Shown: in pieces, positions 57,280-64,000 of the stretch
Numbering within the stretch: the stretch's first letter is position 1
How the letters are laid out: each line of letters starts with the position of its first letter
Assembly: GCA_964588955.1 (NCBI GenBank)
Contig: CAZPQJ010000001.1
Coordinates: 10,155-74,154 of the forward strand
Direction: 5' to 3'
Length of the DNA stretch: 64,000 nucleotides
Source of the DNA: an uncultured Gammaproteobacteria bacterium
GTDB lineage: Bacteria > Patescibacteriota > Patescibacteriia > UBA9934 > CAMTUG01
The notes under the pieces: model-generated
Database searches by the model: none
What the model saw: the letters and a program-made list of their open reading frames with translations, nothing else
What the model was told of the DNA's origin: nothing
Program-made: the position numbers and the translations under genes

Positions 57280-57684
57280 ATGGAATGCAAGCTCTGTGAA
57301 TCATTAGATCAGCCACGCGTCGTTTGTCAGAATGATGTTGCCTTTGTGGTTATGAACGTGGAGCCACTGAATGACGGACATGTGATGGTGATTCCCAAGC
57401 AGCATGTAGAGACCTTAGGCGAACTCGCCGCAGAAGATGTGAAGGGGCTCATGGAGTTGGTCACCAAGATGGAAAAAACGCTCGCACGAATCTTTCCTAA
57501 TCCGCCAATTATTTTTCTCAACTCGAGCTCGCACAAAACACAGCCCCATGTGCATATCCACGTCCTTCCAAGCAAGGGCGCCCTGCGTGATCTTGTTGCG
57601 GGTTTCGAACAAATTCCACCGCGCGTCCGGCGACCGATGGAAGAACTCGCGTCACTCGCGGACGCAATCCGATCCGCTTTGTAA
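57280..57684 (+). CDS. HIT (histidine triad) family protein
   Basis: 134 aa; HVHIHVLP histidine-triad motif. Confidence 0.8.
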   Translation: MECKLCESLDQPRVVCQNDVAFVVMNVEPLNDGHVMVIPKQHVETLGELAAEDVKGLMELVTKMEKTLARIFPNPPIIFLNSSSHKTQPHVHIHVLPSKGALRDLVAGFEQIPPRVRRPMEELASLADAIRSAL

Positions 57685-57744
57685 AGACAAAACATCCTGG
57701 GTGCGAGGCTCAGGATGTTTTGTGTTATGTTGTAGGTCGGGTTG

Positions 57745-58497
57745 TTAGTCGGTCAATTTCAAAAAGATCGCCGCGGCGCAATGGTCGGCTAAAATGCCGA
57801 CTTTTATGTCTGGAAGATGGAGACGCACGGTGTTATAAATTGTAGGAATGGCTATTAACATTTCTGTAATGTTTGACGGAAGGTGTTTGTAAAAAATGCG
57901 GGTGATGTAGTGGCCGTTTAGCGCGTGATGAGCCCATTGATAATTTGAATCACTTGGAGGGAAGTCTTGCAGAAAGTGTTGATAGAGTTCCTCCACAGAG
58001 TTGAGGCCAAGATACGGCGATGGATCAAAGTTTCGTTTTGATGCTTTATCAGAAGTGCGCCAAGCAATGCGTCGAGCGGCCAGAAGCGAACTGACGGCTT
58101 CTGGTCCATTTGTTTTGACAATGTCGGTTAATCGATCAATAACATCTTCACCATGTGTTAACGTTAGGCGGGCGTGTACGGCGGGGAACATGGCTTCTAA
58201 AAGTCCGAGGGTTAAAAACTTTCCGGAACTAAAACGTGGAACAATTTGCAGGGCATGGATGAACTCTTCAAAACTATTTGTGTGTTCAGGGTGGTCAATA
58301 ATCTTTTCGGCCGTACGATGAAAAAAACGTGAAGCATTGATAGCAGCGATTAAAAAGTCTTGCAGCGGTTTGCCGGGCAAATCAACAAGACGATGCGTGC
58401 AGCCCTGTTTGTAAGAAATCGCTTCTAGGACAAAAGCCATGGTTACGCGATCCGCAATGTCACTGGCTGAGAGCTTCATACGAAGACACCCTAACAA
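57745..58497 (-). CDS. hypothetical protein
   Basis: 250 aa helical protein; no motif recognised; start uncertain. Confidence 0.4.
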   Translation of the reverse strand: MLGCLRMKLSASDIADRVTMAFVLEAISYKQGCTHRLVDLPGKPLQDFLIAAINASRFFHRTAEKIIDHPEHTNSFEEFIHALQIVPRFSSGKFLTLGLLEAMFPAVHARLTLTHGEDVIDRLTDIVKTNGPEAVSSLLAARRIAWRTSDKASKRNFDPSPYLGLNSVEELYQHFLQDFPPSDSNYQWAHHALNGHYITRIFYKHLPSNITEMLIAIPTIYNTVRLHLPDIKVGILADHCAAAIFLKLTD

Positions 58498-58582
58498 AGA
58501 ATCTAACCGATGGACAGAGGTTTATGGACGAGGGTGTTTTCAAACAAAAAAACACCCCGGGATCACCGAGATGCTTTTCGCG

Positions 58583-58867
58583 TTATTTTGTTGGATGGGT
58601 TTTGCGCTTGGTCTGGCTGACGCGCACTTTGGTGGCTTTCTTTTTGTCGCGGCTGGACAAGCGGCGTTCAACTTTTCCTGCTTGCTCGATCAAAGCCGGG
58701 TTTTTGACGAGGGTGCGCAGACAGCGGGTGCAAAGTTTGTAGGCTTTGTTGCCGATGCGTTTGACCTGCAAGTTCACGTACTTGCGGGTTTTGGTTTTGT
58801 TGTTGGCGTGGCTGACCGTATTGGCGCTCATCGCTCCACGGCCACAGGTTTGGCAAAATTGGGACAT
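58583..58867 (-). CDS. rpmB: 50S ribosomal protein L28 with Lys-rich C-terminal extension
   Basis: 94 aa; MSQFCQTCGRGAMSANTVSHANNKTKTRKYVNLQ matches the L28 N-terminal pattern. Confidence 0.75.
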   Translation of the reverse strand: MSQFCQTCGRGAMSANTVSHANNKTKTRKYVNLQVKRIGNKAYKLCTRCLRTLVKNPALIEQAGKVERRLSSRDKKKATKVRVSQTKRKTHPTK

Positions 58868-58938
58868 ACTGTGCGTTTAAGATGTGCCGGCATGCTATCA
58901 GGATCGACGTAAATTGGCAAGAGCGGTAGAATGGGGGC

Positions 58939-59619
58939 ATGTTTTTATCTCTTTTGAGTTACAACCCCGCCATTGCCGTCGCTTGGGTCATCGCCATTAT
59001 CCTTTCCCTCACCATTCACGAGTTCAGCCACGCCCTGGTCGGCAAATGGAAAGGGGATAAGACGGCCGAGCGTGAAGGGCGGTTAACCTTGAATCCCTTA
59101 GCGCATTTAGAGTTGATGGGCTTCGTTGCTTTGCTGTTTTTGGGTTTTGGTTGGGCCAAGCCTGTGCCATATAACCCCTACAATTTGAAAAATCCCAAGT
59201 GGGATGCGGTGTTGATTGCCCTTGCTGGGCCTGGTGCCAACTTCATTATGGCCACAATTGCTGCCGTGGTATTACGGTTTTTGCTGCCGTCGGTGGCAGT
59301 GACGGGATTTACTTTGTTGGATATTTTCCTTCTCTTGGTCGTGATTCTTAACTTGTTTTTGCTCTTTTTTAACGTCATCCCTGTGCATCCGTTGGATGGA
59401 TCTAAGCTGGTCTTCGCCTTGCTCGACAGTCCTAAACACGCCGCCCTGCGTCAGATTATTTTAACCAAAGGTCCTCAATTGTTGATGTTTTTGGTTCTTC
59501 TTTCTCTCGTTACCACTATCGACGTTTTTGGATTTGTGAGTGCCCCAGCTTACGCCGTTTGTTCCTCCCTGGTTGGAGCCTCGTGTCCCAATTTGCTCGG
59601 AGTTGTTTTTGGTGGGTAG
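58939..59619 (+). CDS. site-2 protease family (M50) membrane metalloprotease
   Basis: 226 aa polytopic; HEFSHALV (HExxH) in the first TM region; LDGS motif. Confidence 0.7.
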   Translation: MFLSLLSYNPAIAVAWVIAIILSLTIHEFSHALVGKWKGDKTAEREGRLTLNPLAHLELMGFVALLFLGFGWAKPVPYNPYNLKNPKWDAVLIALAGPGANFIMATIAAVVLRFLLPSVAVTGFTLLDIFLLLVVILNLFLLFFNVIPVHPLDGSKLVFALLDSPKHAALRQIILTKGPQLLMFLVLLSLVTTIDVFGFVSAPAYAVCSSLVGASCPNLLGVVFGG

Positions 59620-59690
59620 GCCATGACGGTAGAACTTGACGGTTTTGGGGGCAAGTGTTAATCTTTCGCCACTTTTGATTCCGCAATATT

Positions 59691-60116
59691 ATGCCAACGA
59701 TTAACCAATTGATCCGTAAAGGCCGCAAGCAAACGACGACCAAATCCAAGTCGCCGGCGATGCAGTTTAAATACGACTCCTTGCACCGCAAGCGCACGGA
59801 ATACAAGCGCGGTTCCGCCTTCAAGCGCGGCGTGTGTGTGAAAGTCACTACCATGACTCCAAAGAAGCCAAACTCGGCTTTGCGTAAGATTGCCCGTATT
59901 CGTTTGAGTAACGGTATGGAAGTCACGGCTTACATTCCTGGCGAAGGACACAACCTCCAAGAGCACTCGATCGTCATGATTCGCGGCGGACGTGTGAAAG
60001 ATCTTCCTGGTTGTCGTTATCACGTGGTGCGCGGTCGTTACGACGCTGTCGGCGTTGAAGCCCGTCGTCGTGGACGCTCCATTTACGGTGCGAAGCGACC
60101 GAAGGTGAAGAAGTAG
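59691..60116 (+). CDS. rpsL: 30S ribosomal protein S12
   Basis: [14 protein letters not shown]-terminus; promoter TTGACG-17-TAATCT upstream. Confidence 0.95.
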   Translation: MPTINQLIRKGRKQTTTKSKSPAMQFKYDSLHRKRTEYKRGSAFKRGVCVKVTTMTPKKPNSALRKIARIRLSNGMEVTAYIPGEGHNLQEHSIVMIRGGRVKDLPGCRYHVVRGRYDAVGVEARRRGRSIYGAKRPKVKK

Positions 60117-60192
60117 AATCCCAAAAATTATAAACCGCCTTTCGTAGTACCACACACGCTGGGAATAAACGAAAGAGCGATAACACAAAGCT

Positions 60193-60660
60193 ATGCGTGG
60201 AAAAAAGGCCCCTATTCGTAAGATTGCGGTTGATGGCAAGTATGGAAATCCCATGGTTGCCAAGTTTATTAATTACTTGATGTACGACGGCAAGAAGTCG
60301 ACGGCAGAAGCGGTGGTTTACGACGCCTTCGACCTCATCTCCGAAAAAACCAAGAAAGACGCGGTGGAGATTTTCGATAAAGCCATCAAAAACGTCATGC
60401 CAACGTTGGAAGTGAAGTCTCGTCGCGTGGGAGGAGCCAACTATCAAATCCCGATCCCGGTGCGCGCCGAGCGTCGCCTGTTTTTGGCGTGTAAGTGGGT
60501 GTTGGAAGCGGCACGTTCCAAAAAAGGCCGTCCCATGCACATGCGCTTGGCCGATGAATTGATGGCCGCCGCTGAAGGCACAGGTGACTCCTTCAAAAAG
60601 AAATCCGACGTGCAGCGCATGGCAGAGGCGAACAAAGCTTTTGCCCATTTCGCCCGATAG
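60193..60660 (+). CDS. rpsG: 30S ribosomal protein S7
   Basis: 155 aa; canonical S7 sequence. Confidence 0.95.
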   Translation: MRGKKAPIRKIAVDGKYGNPMVAKFINYLMYDGKKSTAEAVVYDAFDLISEKTKKDAVEIFDKAIKNVMPTLEVKSRRVGGANYQIPIPVRAERRLFLACKWVLEAARSKKGRPMHMRLADELMAAAEGTGDSFKKKSDVQRMAEANKAFAHFAR

Positions 60661-60681
60661 GTCTAACCTTTTTACAACTCT

Positions 60682-62778
60682 ATGCCTCGAGAATATTCTC
60701 TTCAAAACACCCGTAACATTGGGATCATCGCCCACATCGACGCCGGAAAAACCACTACCACTGAGCGTGTGCTTTTCTACACCGGTAAGAAACATAAAAT
60801 CGGGGAAGTGCATGAAGGGGAAGCGACCATGGACTGGATGGAACAGGAGCGCGAGCGCGGTATTACGATTACCGCCGCCGCCACGACCTGTTTTTGGAAA
60901 GGCAACCGCATCAACATTATCGACACCCCTGGCCACGTGGACTTCACGGTGGAAGTGGAGCGTTCGTTACGCGTGCTCGATGGTGGTGTGACGGTGTTTG
61001 ATGGCGTGGCGGGTGTGGAACCACAATCCGAAACGGTTTGGCACCAGGCAGACAAATACGGCGTGCCGCGTGTGTGTTTTATCAACAAACTCGACCGTAC
61101 CGGCGCGGATTTTTATAAAGACTTAGACTCCATCCATGCACGCCTTACCAAGAAGGCCTATCCGATTCAATTGCCGATTGGTATTGAAGACGGATTCAAC
61201 ACGATCATTGATCTGTTGAAGCGCAAGGCCTATGTGTTTAAAGACGACATGGGAAAAGATGTGGAAGAGATCGATATTCCTGCCGACATGAAAGATAAGG
61301 CCGAAGAGTATCGCAAGCGCTTGGTGGAAGCGATCGTGGAAAACGAAGATGCGTTGATGAACAAGTATTTGGCCGGTGAAGAGATTGGTATTGAAGATTT
61401 GAAACGCGCCTTGCGCAAAGGTGTTGTCTCGTTGAACATTTTCCCCGTGTTGTGTGGATCCGCTTTGAAAAACAAAGGGGTGCAAATGATGCTCGACGCC
61501 GTGGTCGACTATTTGCCAAGCCCACTCGACGTGCCGGCGTTGAAAGGTACTGATCCCGATGATCACGAAAAAGTTATCGAGTGTCCTGCCGATGACAACA
61601 AACCGTTTGCCGCCTTGGCTTTTAAAGTCGCCGCGGATCCATTCGTTGGTAAATTGATTTTCTTCCGTGTCTATTCAGGCATGATGAAAGCCGGTTCCTA
61701 TGTGCTAAACACCTCCAATGGAAAAACGGAACGCTTGTCGCGCATCGTGCGTTTGCACGCCAACTCGCGTGAAGACGTGGACGAGGTGTACGCCGGCGAC
61801 ATTGCCGCCGCCGTGGGGTTGAAAGAAACCGTTACCGGAAACACCATGTGTGATCCTGCCCACCCAATCTTGTTGGAATCGATCACCTTCCCAGAGCCGG
61901 TTATTTCCGTGGCTGTGGAACCAAAAACCAAAGCCGACCAAGAAAAAATGGGTATGGCGCTTTCCAAATTGGCGGAAGAAGATCCAACTTTCCACGTGCA
62001 CACTGATCCAGAAACCTTACAGACGATTTTGGCTGGTATGGGTGAGTTACATTTGGAAATTCTCGTTGATCGCATGAAGCGTGAATACAACGTGGAAGCT
62101 AACGTCGGTAAACCACAGGTGGCTTACCGCGAAACGATCAAGAAGCAAGCCGAAGCTGAAGGAAAATATATTCGTCAAACAGGTGGACGCGGTCAGTACG
62201 GTCATTGCTGGTTGCGCGTGGAACCGAACGAACCAGGCAAGGGCTTTGAGTTCTTTGAAGAAATTAAAGGCGGTGTCATTCCAAAAGAATTCATCAACCC
62301 GATTGAAAAAGGCGTTAAAGAAGCAACGGAACGCGGTGTGCTCGCCGGCTATCCGCTGGTGGACATTAAAGCGACTGTGTTCGATGGTAGCTACCACGAT
62401 GTGGACTCTTCGGAAATGGCCTTTAAAATCGCCGGTTCTATGGCCTTCCAAGAGGCGGCCAAGAAAGCCGGGATTTCTCTGTTGGAGCCAATGATGAAAG
62501 TGGAAGTGGTGACTCCAGAAGAATCGATGGGTACGATCATGGGTGATTTGAACTCGCGTCGTGGACAAATTCAAGAAATGGGTGAACGCGGAACGGTCAA
62601 AACCATTCGCGCCTTGGTGCCACTCTCGGAAATGTTCGGCTACGCCACTACCGTGCGTTCGTTGTCCCAAGGCCGCGCTAGCTACTCGATGGAGTTTGCT
62701 CACTACGCCGAAGTTCCTGGCAACGTCGCCAAAGCCATCATCGAAGCCCGCGCCGGCGTTGTGAAGCGCGTCACCTAG
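60682..62778 (+). CDS. fusA: elongation factor G
   Basis: 698 aa; G-domain [22 protein letters not shown]. Confidence 0.95.
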   Translation: MPREYSLQNTRNIGIIAHIDAGKTTTTERVLFYTGKKHKIGEVHEGEATMDWMEQERERGITITAAATTCFWKGNRINIIDTPGHVDFTVEVERSLRVLDGGVTVFDGVAGVEPQSETVWHQADKYGVPRVCFINKLDRTGADFYKDLDSIHARLTKKAYPIQLPIGIEDGFNTIIDLLKRKAYVFKDDMGKDVEEIDIPADMKDKAEEYRKRLVEAIVENEDALMNKYLAGEEIGIEDLKRALRKGVVSLNIFPVLCGSALKNKGVQMMLDAVVDYLPSPLDVPALKGTDPDDHEKVIECPADDNKPFAALAFKVAADPFVGKLIFFRVYSGMMKAGSYVLNTSNGKTERLSRIVRLHANSREDVDEVYAGDIAAAVGLKETVTGNTMCDPAHPILLESITFPEPVISVAVEPKTKADQEKMGMALSKLAEEDPTFHVHTDPETLQTILAGMGELHLEILVDRMKREYNVEANVGKPQVAYRETIKKQAEAEGKYIRQTGGRGQYGHCWLRVEPNEPGKGFEFFEEIKGGVIPKEFINPIEKGVKEATERGVLAGYPLVDIKATVFDGSYHDVDSSEMAFKIAGSMAFQEAAKKAGISLLEPMMKVEVVTPEESMGTIMGDLNSRRGQIQEMGERGTVKTIRALVPLSEMFGYATTVRSLSQGRASYSMEFAHYAEVPGNVAKAIIEARAGVVKRVT

Positions 62779-62947
62779 TCATCTCCTTCCCTTCGAGCGC
62801 TCCCCCCCTGTCTGAGGGGGAGTTAGAGGGGTGGAAGTTGGGGGGGTCTAAAATTTGTAGAAGCGGGGCCATGCGCCCCGCTTTTCTGTTTGCCTTGACG
62901 TGCGTTGGTTACCAGGGTATTTTGTTCAGTCCATCACGGAGGCACAA

Positions 62948-63406
62948 ATGACTCTCAGCCGCATCTGCATCCTGGTCAGCGACATTCCCAACCAACTCGG
63001 CCACTTCCTGTGGATGGCCATCGTGTTCGCCTTCCCGATCTGGTGGACGGGAAGCTGGTGGCTCGGGAGCTTCCTCCTCGGCCTGGAGCTCCTGAGTTTC
63101 TTCCTCCACGTGGGAGAGCACCATGAGGGTGCCTGGCTGGACTACCCGGGCGTGGGGATGGTGGCCGCCGTGCTCCTCGTACTTTCCCCCGTCGGTGAGT
63201 GCCACCAAAGCGGAGTGATCGCGCTGGGTCTTTATCCGATCATCGGCATCGGAACCCAGATGGTCTCCTACGCCATTCACCGGTTGGTGCACCGCAAGCA
63301 GCGCGACGAGCTTTGGCCCGAGCCCTGGTCGATCGGGCGGTGCCTGGCCATGATCTCCACTGGCCTTGTCGTCGCCTACGTCCCTGTGCTCCTCTATCCC
63401 CGCTAG
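62948..63406 (+). CDS. hypothetical membrane protein, high-GC orphan
   Basis: Start refined to MTLSRIC (GGAGG RBS 5 nt upstream); 4 predicted TM; Trp/His-rich; GC-rich codons; sits directly after fusA. Confidence 0.45.
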   Translation: MTLSRICILVSDIPNQLGHFLWMAIVFAFPIWWTGSWWLGSFLLGLELLSFFLHVGEHHEGAWLDYPGVGMVAAVLLVLSPVGECHQSGVIALGLYPIIGIGTQMVSYAIHRLVHRKQRDELWPEPWSIGRCLAMISTGLVVAYVPVLLYPR

Positions 63407-63542
63407 CGCCTCGCGCCCCGAAGCTCCTCTTGCTTCCTTGGGCTCGAGGCGCTTCGCATTTGTTTCGTCTTGTTTGGTGCTGTGGAAAGGCTGTTTAGAG
63501 AATGGTTGACAGGGGATTTAGCTAGGCTAAGATACAACAACT

Positions 63543-64000
63543 ATGGATCGCCAATTGAAACGCATTTTAGACCTCGTTCGCCGCACAGGGGATCGGATGG
63601 TCGTTACCGACCCGAATGGCACCGATGCCTACGTGATTATGGGTCTGGATCAGTATGAGGACTTAGTTGATTCCAGCTGTCACGGGCACTTTGCTGATGG
63701 TGAGGAAGATTGGGAGCCACCGTTCGGTGACGAGGAAGAGGATGTAAAGCCAGAATGGAATCCAGAAATGGATGGAGATCTTATCTCGGTGGATCAAGAA
63801 CCAGCGCCACATGGGGACGAACTGGGGAAAACTCCGGCTCCTGCCGAGCAAATCCAGCAAGATGATCTCCCAAAAGATCTCCGAGAAGCCGTTGAACATG
63901 ATTTGGCCATTCTGGAATCCTGGCGTAAAGAGAAGGAATCTGAGCCAAAAACGAACACCCAAGAACAAAAAGTTAGCGAAAAAGAGCAAAAAAATGATGA
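63543..64000 (+). CDS. hypothetical protein with acidic C-terminal region (partial, continues beyond the window)
   Basis: Open frame from the ATG at 63543 to the window end without a stop, so it is absent from the ORF track; the N-terminus (KRILDLVRRTGDRMVVTDPNGTDAYVIMGLDQYEDL) loosely resembles Phd/YefM-like antitoxin folds. Confidence 0.35.
   Translation, partial: MDRQLKRILDLVRRTGDRMVVTDPNGTDAYVIMGLDQYEDLVDSSCHGHFADGEEDWEPPFGDEEEDVKPEWNPEMDGDLISVDQEPAPHGDELGKTPAPAEQIQQDDLPKDLREAVEHDLAILESWRKEKESEPKTNTQEQKVSEKEQKND

Noticed and set aside
63663-63989. 108 aa minus-strand ORF at the window end
   Set aside because: Phe/Leu/Trp-rich antisense of the acidic + strand ORF that starts at 63543 and runs off the window.

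Overview
The window reads as a chromosomal segment of moderate-GC (about 50%) from a small-genome bacterium, dominated by housekeeping genes. A compact, reduced gene repertoire suggests a CPR/Patescibacteria-like organism, but that placement is inference. There are three tRNAs (Glu-TTC, Arg-TCG, Lys-CTT) and a family of GC-rich hairpin terminators.

The standout region is a 7 kb locus at about 46.0-53.4 kb. It holds two small high-GC ORFs followed by four tandem paralogous ATP-grasp ligase genes (424-448 aa). Each ATP-grasp gene has its own promoter, its own terminator hairpin, and a 215-260 nt leader with a 23-34 codon upstream ORF and attenuator-like hairpins. The coding GC is about 63-65%, against about 50% for the flanking host genes. 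A class-I glutamine amidotransferase and a transglutaminase-like protein lie immediately downstream. I read this as a candidate undescribed peptide-ligase or amidoligase system under leader-mediated control.

Other observations: a Zur-type regulator next to znuACB with two 26-bp palindromic operators, a split comEC with an ATGA overlap, a pyruvate kinase lacking its C-terminal domain, and scattered high-GC orphan genes. One of those is a lipoprotein carrying a Myxococcus-type Cys/Asp-rich putative metal-binding motif. All calls come from reading the sequence and the ORF translations by eye. No database searches were run.
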